DNA of 32,000 bases from Bacillus subtilis subsp. subtilis str. 168 (GCF_000009045.1 NC_000964.3:1170001-1202000), one strand, 5' to 3'. Shown: positions 11,499-20,037, numbered from the stretch's first letter. Notes: generated by a model from the sequence alone, not told the origin. Translations and numbers: made by a program.

Positions 11499-12395
11499 AT
11501 GTTAACAAAATCCGCAGAGAATAAGCGGAACAGGAAGGACGATAGCATGAGACCAGGGCAGCAATTAACCTTGAGTATAGATCACCAAACCGACTTCGGT
11601 TACTTTTTAACCGATGGGGAAGATACGATTCTCTTACATAACAGTGAAATGACTGAGGATATCGAGGACAGAGACGAAGTAGAAGTCTTTATATACGTAG
11701 ACCAGCAGGAAAGGCTTGCGGCCACGATGAAAATTCCGATCATCAGCGCGGATGAATATGGCTGGGTTGAAGTGGTGGATAAAGTGGAAGATATGGGCGT
11801 TTTCGTTGATGTCGGTTTATCGAAGGACGCACTAGTCGCAACTGAGCATTTGCCGCCGTACGAAGATGTCTGGCCGCAAAAAGGGGACAAACTTTACTGT
11901 ATGCTGAAGGTGACGAACCGGGGGCGCATGTTTGCGAAACCAGCGCCGGAAGATATCATCAGCGAACTGTTTACCGACGCTTCAGAAGATCTGATGAATA
12001 AAGAGCTGACAGGTACGGTGTACAGGCTGATCGCATCGGGTTCATTCGTGATCACGGATGACGGTATCCGCTGTTTTATTCACCCGTCAGAAAGAAAAGA
12101 GGAGCCAAGACTGGGTTCAAGAGTCACAGGCCGGGTGATTCAAGTGAAAGAAGACGGTTCAGTCAACTTGTCGCTGCTTCCGAGAAAACAGGATGCAATG
12201 TCAGTTGATGCTGAGTGCATTCTAACGTATATGAGAATGAGAAACGGTGCCATGCCGTACAGTGACAAAAGCCAGCCTGACGATATCAGAGAACGTTTTA
12301 ATATGAGCAAAGCCGCCTTTAAACGCGCGCTGGGCCATTTGATGAAAAACGGAAAAGTGTATCAGGAAAATGGATGGACATACGAGAAAAAATAG
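11499..12395 (+). CDS. yitL: S1-domain RNA-binding protein (CvfB family)
   Basis: ORF 11490..12395; S1-like repeats (VEDMGVFVDVGLSKDALV, GRVIQVKEDGSVNLSLLPRKQD) and C-terminal winged-helix-like MSKAAFKRALGHLMKNGKV. An alternative start at 11547 (MRPGQQLTL) has AGGAAGG upstream. Confidence 0.85.
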   Translation: MLTKSAENKRNRKDDSMRPGQQLTLSIDHQTDFGYFLTDGEDTILLHNSEMTEDIEDRDEVEVFIYVDQQERLAATMKIPIISADEYGWVEVVDKVEDMGVFVDVGLSKDALVATEHLPPYEDVWPQKGDKLYCMLKVTNRGRMFAKPAPEDIISELFTDASEDLMNKELTGTVYRLIASGSFVITDDGIRCFIHPSERKEEPRLGSRVTGRVIQVKEDGSVNLSLLPRKQDAMSVDAECILTYMRMRNGAMPYSDKSQPDDIRERFNMSKAAFKRALGHLMKNGKVYQENGWTYEKK

Positions 12396-12399
12396 CATG

Positions 12400-12433
12400 A
12401 AAACGGCTCGCCTGCAGCAGACTGCGGAGCGAG
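12400..12433. terminator. Bidirectional intrinsic terminator between convergent yitL and yitM
   Basis: AAAACGGCTCGC-(loop)-GCGAGCCGTTTTTTT with A-tract on the other flank. Confidence 0.9.
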
Positions 12434-12447
12434 CCGTTTTTTTATGT

Positions 12448-13032
12448 CTAGTTTAATTCATCAACCAGCGTTCTGATTGCCATTTCGCGATCCACATTGT
12501 CTGAAATCGCAATCGGCGTAATATCAATGGCGAGAATGATCAGAATCAGGGCACCTGCTGCAGCAACATAAGAAACATAATAGAAATAGTTAGCGGTATC
12601 AACAGTGTTGACAAGCTCGGCCTGAACTCTGGATGTATCATCCTTAGAAGCGGCGATTTCCTTTGCAGCTTCTACTTTTTCTTCAACGATTTGACCTGCT
12701 TTTTTCAGCAGTTCATCCACTTTCAATGCATCTTTGCTGTAAACAGCTTTCTTCAGGTTATCAAAAAAGTCAGCATCCTCTTTTTTAATATCAGCGACAA
12801 CCTGATTGGCAAAAGCCTTTGCCTGTTTTGTGTTGAGTTTGTCTGTCATCGCTTTATTAAAGACCTCTGGAAGCTGTTTGCCAACTTCCCCTTGGGCAAA
12901 CACAAAGCCTTTAAAAATTTCCTCACCTGAATACTCAAGCTGCTTTGCCTGTGCCACACTTTCTTGCTGCTTCACCAAAAACACAGTCGTCACCAATACA
13001 ACCGACAAAAATACTAGAAACGCCTTCTTCAA
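12448..13032 (-). CDS. yitM: Secreted toxin precursor, SdpC-like (YIT toxin precursor)
   Basis: 194 aa, TTG start; N-terminal signal peptide (MKKAFLVFLSVVLVTTVFLVKQQESVAQA), Lys/Ala-rich helical domain, C-terminal hydrophobic segment YFYYVSYVAAAGALILIILAI; last gene of an sdpABC-like operon. Confidence 0.88.
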   Translation of the reverse strand: MKKAFLVFLSVVLVTTVFLVKQQESVAQAKQLEYSGEEIFKGFVFAQGEVGKQLPEVFNKAMTDKLNTKQAKAFANQVVADIKKEDADFFDNLKKAVYSKDALKVDELLKKAGQIVEEKVEAAKEIAASKDDTSRVQAELVNTVDTANYFYYVSYVAAAGALILIILAIDITPIAISDNVDREMAIRTLVDELN

Positions 13033-13958
13033 ACTGAAACCTCTCCCTTCTTGTGTTTTTTATTCCACAACAGTCTGCGAATATATGTAAATTGAATCGT
13101 GGAATCGATAGGAGTGAGATACAATATCAAAATGCCGGCCATGATAATCGAAAAACTGATGAGGCCCAGCATGACTGCAAAAATCTCATGCATAAAAACA
13201 GCGATGATCAAAATCAATCTCCAATGCTTCTTCGGCGCAAACAGTGCCGCGAAGATGACAATTTGAACCAGCAGCGTCCCCCATGTCGGAATCACCACGA
13301 ACGGACTTGTTACAATTGGCTTCGTTAACGCCTGAAAAAAGCCGTTGAAGCCAATGGTTTTTTCCTGGGCGAAATAATAGACGGCCGTTCCGTCCACCCA
13401 TTCCTGCTGAGATAGCTTAGCGACGGTAGAGTGAAAATAAAGCACCGCCACTTGGATTCTGATCACAAAATAAGAAATAAAAGCTGTTATTTTTCCAAGT
13501 GTTCTTTTGCCCTCTATAGGTCTCGTACTCCAATGCCATTTTCTCGGATCGGTCAGCGTGATGGGAAGCAATAAAAAGGTCATGACTGCTGCTGCCTGCT
13601 CGCCTCCGTCGATGACGATCAGCGATGACTGCAGGCTGTAACTGACATACCAATGCAGAACCCCGGTGATTCTGGGGCGCCAGCCAATGACAACAAGCAC
13701 CAGAATGGCAATGCAGACCCATCTGAAAAGATTTAACATCATATAGTTATTTTCGCCGAGACAAAAGAGACTGAGATTCATTTTACAAGCTGGATAGCTG
13801 CTGATCCCGCTGGCTGGCTTCATAATGAGGCTCGGGTGATTGATGAGCAGCGTCAGCAGGCTGGATAGCGCAATGATGCTTCGCGCGAGGCCATATACAT
13901 TTGTCCACGGGTTTCTTTCGTCCCATCTGGTGATGGTCTGTTTTATGTTTTCGAGCAT
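13029..13958 (-). CDS. yitO: SdpB-like integral membrane maturation protein (HTTM / VKG-carboxylase-like domain)
   Basis: 309 aa, multi-pass membrane; overlaps yitP by 16 nt and yitM by TTGA. Confidence 0.88.
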   Translation of the reverse strand: MLENIKQTITRWDERNPWTNVYGLARSIIALSSLLTLLINHPSLIMKPASGISSYPACKMNLSLFCLGENNYMMLNLFRWVCIAILVLVVIGWRPRITGVLHWYVSYSLQSSLIVIDGGEQAAAVMTFLLLPITLTDPRKWHWSTRPIEGKRTLGKITAFISYFVIRIQVAVLYFHSTVAKLSQQEWVDGTAVYYFAQEKTIGFNGFFQALTKPIVTSPFVVIPTWGTLLVQIVIFAALFAPKKHWRLILIIAVFMHEIFAVMLGLISFSIIMAGILILYLTPIDSTIQFTYIRRLLWNKKHKKGEVSV

Positions 13959-14479
13959 GAGATCACAACCTTGACTATGCTTTTTACCTGATAAGACGAA
14001 GGGGTATATTTAGAATAGCTCCAAGGAACAATATCCTCTTTCGTCAAATAGTAGCTGCCACAAAGCAGCGGGCGGGGAGCGGGTGTTTTTAATTGCACGG
14101 TTTTGGCTTTGCTTTTGCATGCGCCGAGGTCCTTTTCTTTACATGCTGTCCACTGTTCCTTGCCGACTTGGCTGTAGATCACGCCCATTTCAACGCCTTG
14201 TGACCGCCCATACCGATACAGGCCGAATAGGTTGTCAGCCCTCATATTGGGCCATCTGACCTTGGCGCTGGCATTTTCAGCCTCATATAAGCCGATTGCA
14301 GTATCACGCGGATTTTTGCTAAAAAAGCCCCAGCCCTGAGGGAGGATGCTGGACATGAGAAATTTGGAGTCCTTTGTCAGCGGAATCGGGGTTGTCCCTA
14401 AGCTGCCAATAATAGAAAACAGAAATAGCGAACCCCAAAGGATTGAAAAAATGACAAAAAATGATATCGATTTCTGCAT
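13943..14479 (-). CDS. yitP: SdpA-like toxin maturation protein
   Basis: ORF 13943..14524; preferred start MQKSISFFVIFSILWG at 14479 (AAAAGGAG SD upstream; 178 aa). SQGWGFFSKNPRD-type segment (QGWGFFSKNPRDT) typical of SdpA family. Confidence 0.87.
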   Translation of the reverse strand: MQKSISFFVIFSILWGSLFLFSIIGSLGTTPIPLTKDSKFLMSSILPQGWGFFSKNPRDTAIGLYEAENASAKVRWPNMRADNLFGLYRYGRSQGVEMGVIYSQVGKEQWTACKEKDLGACKSKAKTVQLKTPAPRPLLCGSYYLTKEDIVPWSYSKYTPSSYQVKSIVKVVISCSKT

Positions 14480-14605
14480 TCGACTGCTCCTTTTAACCTG
14501 AAGAATCGTTTTTACACTTTTCATAATATAAAAACATTTATGTAATAAAAAGGTTAAAAAGTATGAGAAATTCCATTTTTGTTAAAAGGAAAAACAGGAC
14601 ATTTT

Positions 14606-14635
14606 ACACTGCTATATGTGATTGATATATAGTGT
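14606..14635. promoter_or_regulatory. Candidate operator dyad in yitP-yizB divergent intergenic region
   Basis: ACACT-GC-TATAT-GTGATTG-ATATA-T-AGTGT, imperfect inverted repeat overlapping the putative yizB -35. Confidence 0.45.
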
Positions 14636-14657
14636 TTTTTTCGATATATTTAAACCA
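14622..14657 (+). promoter_or_regulatory. Putative SigA promoter for yizB, predicted leaderless transcript
   Basis: -35 TTGATA (14622-14627), 17-nt spacer, -10 TATATT (14645-14650); expected +1 about 7 nt after the -10 hexamer falls on the A of the yizB ATG (14657). Confidence 0.6.
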
Positions 14658-15004
14658 TGAAAACGAATCAAGTTAATGACCGCTGGATTGTTCAATTTCG
14701 AAAAGGGATTTTCGAGCTGGCCATCCTATCCCTTCTGCGTTCTAAACCGATGTACGGTTATGAGCTGACGTCATCCTTAAAAACCACCTCGGCGCTGGCT
14801 ATTTCAGAGGGAGCGATTTATCCGATTTTGAAACGTATGACCGAGAAGGGATGGATCGAATTTTTTTGGGAAGATTCACTGGACGGCCCGAAAAGAAAGT
14901 ATTACAAAATGACGCAAAAAGGAGAAGAAATGTTAAAAGAACGGCTGGAGAAATACCTGGAAACCCATCAAGCCTTACTGTCTTTATCGGGGGATTTGCT
15001 ATGA
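14657..15004 (+). CDS. yizB: PadR-family transcriptional regulator
   Basis: 115 aa; [58 protein letters not shown]...[15 protein letters not shown] is a classic PadR wHTH. Confidence 0.95.
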
Positions 15005-15588
15005 ATGGACAGCTTATCATTGACCGATACATGGAGGAACTAAATGCAGAGCTGGCGAATATGCCTGATGTAGAGAGAGAAAACGCTATCGACGAATTAA
15101 AGGGGCATATCACCGCTTTCGTTCAAGACAGAATCAAAGCCGGCCTTAGTGAAGAGGAACTGCAGGAAGCTGTTGAATCTGAATTTTCTCATCCGAAGGA
15201 GCTTGCCGAATTGATGATGGGTGATGGGGGAGAGACGAAAAGGAGGAGGTCTTTATTGGGCAAAAGCTGGATTTCGGTCCTTCTCATTGTCACGATTATC
15301 GCCCTGCCGCTGCTGCCGTCCGACTTCAGACATCTGCCGCTGGCTGTTTATTTAATGGTGCTCGCCGGATATGTATGGAAGCGGAAAAAATTGGTGATGT
15401 TTGCAGGTGTCAGAAAAAACAAAATGCGCTCTCAAAAGGAGATTGTCAAGATTTCGCGAGTCGGTGCGGTTTATCTGCTGTTTTTAGCAGTGGTGCTCCT
15501 TTTGAGCCCGTTCCTCAATGCGCTTGTCGTCCTGCTGCTGATTGCAGTAAGCTGCGCCGCTTTTTTTCTTTTTCTTAACATCAAGTAA
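15001..15588 (+). CDS. yitQ: Membrane protein with N-terminal PadR-associated helical (HAAS/DUF1700-like) domain; YIT toxin resistance protein
   Basis: Start [22 protein letters not shown] at 15001 overlaps yizB stop (ATGA); [13 protein letters not shown] motif followed by about 4 hydrophobic segments. 195 aa. Confidence 0.87.
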
Positions 15589-15607
15589 TCTTGTAGGAGG
15601 CTGTAAG

Positions 15608-15901
15608 ATGGAAATCAGCATCAATTATCTATTAATTGTCATCGCGCTTTTATTCTTTGTGGTTGCCTATTTTGTCGGAATCAAAAAACAAACCTGGATG
15701 TTGGCTGGGTTTAACGAGGCGCGTATACGGGATAAAGATCGGCTGGCCAGAATAGCAGGCTACTTTTTCTTGAATTCCGGTTTGTTCATTTTGCTGAATA
15801 GTTTTATCTCATTTCAAGGTCAGGAGCAGCTCATACCTCCGCTTATACTGGCATATGGAGCAGGGGTTATTATTTATGTCAATAAAAAATTAGTAGAGTA
15901 G
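15608..15901 (+). CDS. yitR: Small membrane protein (DUF3784-like)
   Basis: 97 aa, three hydrophobic segments, KKQTWMLAGFNEARIRDKDRLARIAGYFFL; AGGAGG SD. Confidence 0.85.
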   Translation: MEISINYLLIVIALLFFVVAYFVGIKKQTWMLAGFNEARIRDKDRLARIAGYFFLNSGLFILLNSFISFQGQEQLIPPLILAYGAGVIIYVNKKLVE

Positions 15902-15904
15902 AAA

Positions 15905-15943
15905 AAGAAGGGCAGAGCGAAATATCTCTGCCCTTCTTTTTTG
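15905..15943 (+). terminator. Intrinsic terminator after yitR
   Basis: AAGAAGGGCAGAG-CGAAATAT-CTCTGCCCTTCTTTTTT. Confidence 0.93.
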
Positions 15944-16036
15944 GGAAAATAAGAACGAAGCACCACATACAAGTTTTTGTATTTTTGATAGGATGAAGAA
16001 AAATGGTAGATTCCAAAATAGGAAGGATGTGGTGTT

Positions 16037-17653
16037 TTGCGCAACTTGACCAAGACATCTCTATTACTGGCCGGCTTATGCACAGCGGCCCAAATGGTTT
16101 TTGTAACACATGCCTCAGCTGAAGAAAGCATCGAATACGACCATACGTATCAAACCCCTTCATACATCATCGAAAAGTCACCGCAGAAGCCGGTACAAAA
16201 CACAACCCAGAAAGAATCGCTATTTTCCTATCTTGACAAGCATCAAACGCAGTTTAAGCTCAAAGGGAATGCGAACAGCCATTTTCGCGTTTCGAAAACC
16301 ATAAAGGATCCAAAGACAAAACAAACGTTTTTTAAATTAACGGAGGTTTACAAAGGAATTCCGATTTACGGCTTTGAACAAGCGGTCGCGATGAAGGAAA
16401 ACAAACAAGTGAAAAGTTTCTTTGGAAAGGTGCATCCGCAAATCAAGGACGTCTCCGTCACACCGTCTATTTCTGAGAAAAAAGCAATACATACAGCAAG
16501 GCGTGAGCTCGAGGCTTCCATTGGAAAAATCGAATATCTTGATGGGGAACCAAAAGGCGAATTATATATCTATCCACACGACGGTGAATATGATCTCGCC
16601 TACCTTGTGAGACTCTCGACATCTGAACCTGAGCCTGGCTATTGGCATTATTTCATCGATGCCAAAAACGGAAAGGTCATCGAGTCCTTTAATGCCATTC
16701 ATGAAGCGGCAGGTACAGGAATCGGCGTGTCAGGTGATGAAAAAAGCTTTGACGTCACAGAACAAAATGGGCGCTTTTATTTGGCTGACGAAACAAGGGG
16801 AAAAGGGATCAATACATTTGACGCGAAGAACCTGAACGAAACCTTGTTTACGCTTTTGTCTCAACTGATCGGGTATACGGGCAAAGAAATAGTCAGCGGC
16901 ACGTCCGTATTTAATGAACCTGCGGCTGTAGACGCACACGCAAATGCGCAAGCCGTTTACGATTATTACAGCAAGACATTTGGCCGTGATTCTTTTGATC
17001 AAAACGGAGCAAGGATTACGTCTACCGTGCATGTCGGCAAACAATGGAACAATGCTGCGTGGAACGGTGTCCAGATGGTATACGGGGATGGAGACGGTTC
17101 GAAATTTAAGCCGCTGTCTGGATCGCTCGACATTGTCGCGCATGAAATCACACACGCAGTCACACAGTATTCCGCCGGTCTTTTATATCAAGGAGAACCC
17201 GGTGCATTAAATGAGTCCATTTCTGACATTATGGGCGCGATGGCTGACCGTGATGATTGGGAGATCGGCGAAGATGTCTATACTCCTGGTATTGCAGGAG
17301 ATTCATTGCGGTCATTGGAGGACCCATCTAAGCAGGGAAATCCAGATCATTACTCGAACCGCTACACAGGAACAGAGGATTATGGCGGAGTCCATATCAA
17401 TTCGTCCATTCACAATAAAGCAGCTTATCTTCTTGCAGAAGGAGGCGTGCACCACGGTGTACAGGTTGAAGGGATTGGGCGTGAAGCAAGTGAACAAATT
17501 TACTATCGGGCTTTAACATATTATGTAACGGCATCTACAGATTTCAGCATGATGAAGCAAGCGGCGATTGAAGCTGCCAATGATTTATACGGTGAAGGCT
17601 CGAAGCAATCAGCTTCAGTCGAAAAGGCGTATGAGGCTGTCGGCATTCTATGA
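16037..17653 (+). CDS. nprB: Extracellular neutral protease B (thermolysin-like M4 metalloprotease) precursor
   Basis: 538 aa with TTG start; signal peptide, FTP/PepSY-type propeptide, DIVAHEITHAVTQ zinc motif and GALNESISDIMG second motif. Confidence 0.96.
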   Translation: MRNLTKTSLLLAGLCTAAQMVFVTHASAEESIEYDHTYQTPSYIIEKSPQKPVQNTTQKESLFSYLDKHQTQFKLKGNANSHFRVSKTIKDPKTKQTFFKLTEVYKGIPIYGFEQAVAMKENKQVKSFFGKVHPQIKDVSVTPSISEKKAIHTARRELEASIGKIEYLDGEPKGELYIYPHDGEYDLAYLVRLSTSEPEPGYWHYFIDAKNGKVIESFNAIHEAAGTGIGVSGDEKSFDVTEQNGRFYLADETRGKGINTFDAKNLNETLFTLLSQLIGYTGKEIVSGTSVFNEPAAVDAHANAQAVYDYYSKTFGRDSFDQNGARITSTVHVGKQWNNAAWNGVQMVYGDGDGSKFKPLSGSLDIVAHEITHAVTQYSAGLLYQGEPGALNESISDIMGAMADRDDWEIGEDVYTPGIAGDSLRSLEDPSKQGNPDHYSNRYTGTEDYGGVHINSSIHNKAAYLLAEGGVHHGVQVEGIGREASEQIYYRALTYYVTASTDFSMMKQAAIEAANDLYGEGSKQSASVEKAYEAVGIL

Positions 17654-17701
17654 GCAAACAAAAACAGTCAGGACACAGAGTCTGACTGTTTTTGTTTGCT
17701 C
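17652..17701. terminator. Bidirectional terminator between convergent nprB and yitS
   Basis: Perfect 20-bp arms GAGCAAACAAAAACAGTCAG / CTGACTGTTTTTGTTTGCTC at 17652-17671 and 17682-17701. Confidence 0.9.
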
Positions 17702-18551
17702 ATTTTCTTAAAAAGAATATCGCCAATGTACCTGGACCGGCATGCGAGCCGATGGCTGAACTGATTGGATGCATAATGATTTCTTTCGGCTTGAACGCTT
17801 CCTCAATCAGGTGTTTCATATCCGTGGCTTTTTCTTTGTTCGCGGCGTAGCTAATCCCGACGGTTTGATTGCTCCAATCATCCCCGCGCTCTTTCATAAG
17901 CTCGATGATCCGTTTGAAAAGTTTCTTCTGTCCGCGAATTTTTTCCAGAGGCACAAGCTTGCCGTCCTCCATCTGAAGCAGCGGTTTAATATTCAACAGG
18001 CCGCCGACAAAAGCGGACGTTTTGGATATCCGGCCGCCCCTCGCGAGATATGTTAAATCATCAACGGTAAAAATGTGTTCAAGCTGGCTGCAAAAGTTCT
18101 TTACAGACGTTTCAATTTCTTGTATTGTATTCCCGTTGATACAGAGATCGGCAGCATGCCGGACAGCCAGACCGTATCCTAATGAAGCGCATTTGGAATC
18201 AATGACCCGCAAATCGAAATCGGGGAATTCCTCCTTCACTTCATTGGCGATCATTACAGCTGTCTGATACGTGCCGGAGAGACCTGAGGAAAAGGCAATG
18301 TAAAGAGCGGGATCACCTGTTTCGGCATATTGCAAAAACACATTTTTAATCGTTTGCGGTGAGGCTTGGGACGTCTTAGGCGTTTCTCCATTTTGCATCG
18401 CTTCAAATATTTGATCCGCATGAATTGTGACTGCATCTTCGAATTCTTTATCGCCGAGAGAAACCCTGAGCGGAATAAAGCCAATGCCTTTTTCTTCAAA
18501 ATAAGAACGAGGCAAATCAGTGGCGCTGTCAGCGATGAGATGAACTGTCAT
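17700..18551 (-). CDS. yitS: DegV-family (fatty-acid-binding) protein
   Basis: ORF 17700..18587; likely start [23 protein letters not shown] at 18551; TSQPSP-like TSQASPQTI, and [13 protein letters not shown] signature. Confidence 0.93.
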
Positions 18552-18688
18552 ATTGCTTCCCTTCTTTCCGTTATCGCTCGTTATCATGAGAGTTAAGCCA
18601 ACTATATCATATTAATTTGCCAAAATCGTGTTCAAATATTTGTTTTAAGGGAAAACATAATAAAGAAGAAAGAGCGGAGGAACATGCC

Positions 18689-19531
18689 ATGGTACTAGAT
18701 CAAACAAAAAAATTACTCATCGTCATCATCGGCGCTTTACTCAATGCTGCCGGGCTGAACTTATTTTTGATACCTGCAGATGTATATGCCAGCGGATTTA
18801 CAGGTGTTGCCCAGCTTTTATCAAGCGTCGTTGATCAATATGCCCCCTTTTACATATCGACGGGAACGCTCTTGTTCCTCTTAAACATTCCGGTCGGTAT
18901 TTTAGGATGGCTGAAGGTCGGCAAATCGTTTACAGTGTACAGCATTTTAAGTGTCGCACTCACTACTCTGTTTATGGGGATCCTGCCGGAAACAAGCCTG
19001 TCACATGACATTTTGCTGAACGCGGTGTTCGGCGGCGTCATTTCCGCAGTCGGTATCGGCTTAACATTAAAATACGGAGCTTCGACAGGCGGGCTTGATA
19101 TCGTCGCCATGGTACTTGCAAAGTGGAAGGATAAACCCGTCGGCACGTATTTCTTCATTCTGAACGGGATTATCATCTTGACGGCAGGATTATTGCAAGG
19201 TTGGGAGAAAGCATTATATACCCTGGTTACACTATATGTGACAACGAGGGTGATCGACGCCATTCACACTCGCCACATGAAGCTTACGGCAATGATTGTG
19301 ACGAAAAAAGCGGACGAAATCAAGGAAGCCATTTACGGAAAAATGGTGCGCGGCATCACAACTGTTCCGGCAAAAGGAGCATTTACGAACGAACAGAAAG
19401 AAATGATGATTATCGTCATCACGAGGTATGAACTGTACGATTTAGAAAAGATCGTCAAAGAAGTTGATCCAAAAGCATTTACGAACATCGTTCAAACGAC
19501 AGGGATTTTTGGTTTCTTTAGAAAAGACTGA
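18689..19531 (+). CDS. yitT: YitT-family membrane protein (DUF161 + C-terminal DUF2179)
   Basis: ORF 18617..19531; start MVLDQTKKLLIVIIGALL at 18689 after CGGAGGAAC; LIPADVYASGFTGVAQLL, GGLDIVAM and C-terminal MIVITRYELYDLEKIVKEVDPKAFTNI. Confidence 0.93.
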   Translation: MVLDQTKKLLIVIIGALLNAAGLNLFLIPADVYASGFTGVAQLLSSVVDQYAPFYISTGTLLFLLNIPVGILGWLKVGKSFTVYSILSVALTTLFMGILPETSLSHDILLNAVFGGVISAVGIGLTLKYGASTGGLDIVAMVLAKWKDKPVGTYFFILNGIIILTAGLLQGWEKALYTLVTLYVTTRVIDAIHTRHMKLTAMIVTKKADEIKEAIYGKMVRGITTVPAKGAFTNEQKEMMIIVITRYELYDLEKIVKEVDPKAFTNIVQTTGIFGFFRKD

Positions 19532-19549
19532 CGAAAGCAGGTGGAAGTC

Positions 19550-20005
19550 GTGAAACGGCTGCTTGTGATGCTCCTCCCCGTGCTGCTTTTGATAGGCTGC
19601 GGGAAAGATGAGCAGACAGAACCCGATAAGGAGGTATCAGGCGGAATGGAGAATCAAGAGGTTGTTTTATCTATTGACGCAATTCAGGAGCCTGAACAAA
19701 TCAAGTTTAACATGTCGCTGAAGAACCAAAGCGAACGTGCTATTGAGTTTCAATTCAGCACAGGGCAAAAATTTGAACTTGTCGTGTATGATTCTGAGCA
19801 CAAAGAAAGATACCGTTATTCGAAAGAAAAAATGTTTACGCAGGCTTTTCAAAACCTGACGCTTGAATCTGGAGAAACATATGATTTCTCTGATGTGTGG
19901 AAGGAAGTCCCTGAGCCCGGAACCTATGAGGTAAAGGTGACATTTAAGGGCAGGGCGGAAAATCTCAAGCAGGTTCAGGCTGTTCAGCAGTTTGAAGTCA
20001 AATAA
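19550..20005 (+). CDS. ipi: BsuPI-type proteinase inhibitor; ORF extends upstream with a lipoprotein signal peptide
   Basis: The classical 119-aa product starts at [10 protein letters not shown] (19646) with AAGGAGGT SD; the in-frame ORF extends to GTG 19550 or 19541, encoding [22 protein letters not shown] with lipobox LLIGC. Confidence 0.85.
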
Positions 20006-20006
20006 G

Positions 20007-20037
20007 AGGCTATGGCGAGTCGCCATAGCCTTTTTTT
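20007..20037. terminator. Intrinsic terminator after ipi
   Basis: AGGCTATGGC-GAGTC-GCCATAGCCTTTTTTT. Confidence 0.92.

Noticed and set aside
13053-13722. Plus- and minus-strand 71-101-aa ORFs inside yitO
   Set aside because: Alternative-frame readings of a strongly supported membrane protein gene.
16944-17516. Plus-strand 88- and 101-aa ORFs inside nprB
   Set aside because: Out-of-frame within the conserved M4 catalytic domain coding sequence.
12448-17653. Claiming the toxin island as a wholly new system
   Set aside because: Gene set and order match the known B. subtilis yitPOM/yitQ/nprB locus, whose toxin activity has been reported; only specific details are proposed as under-described.
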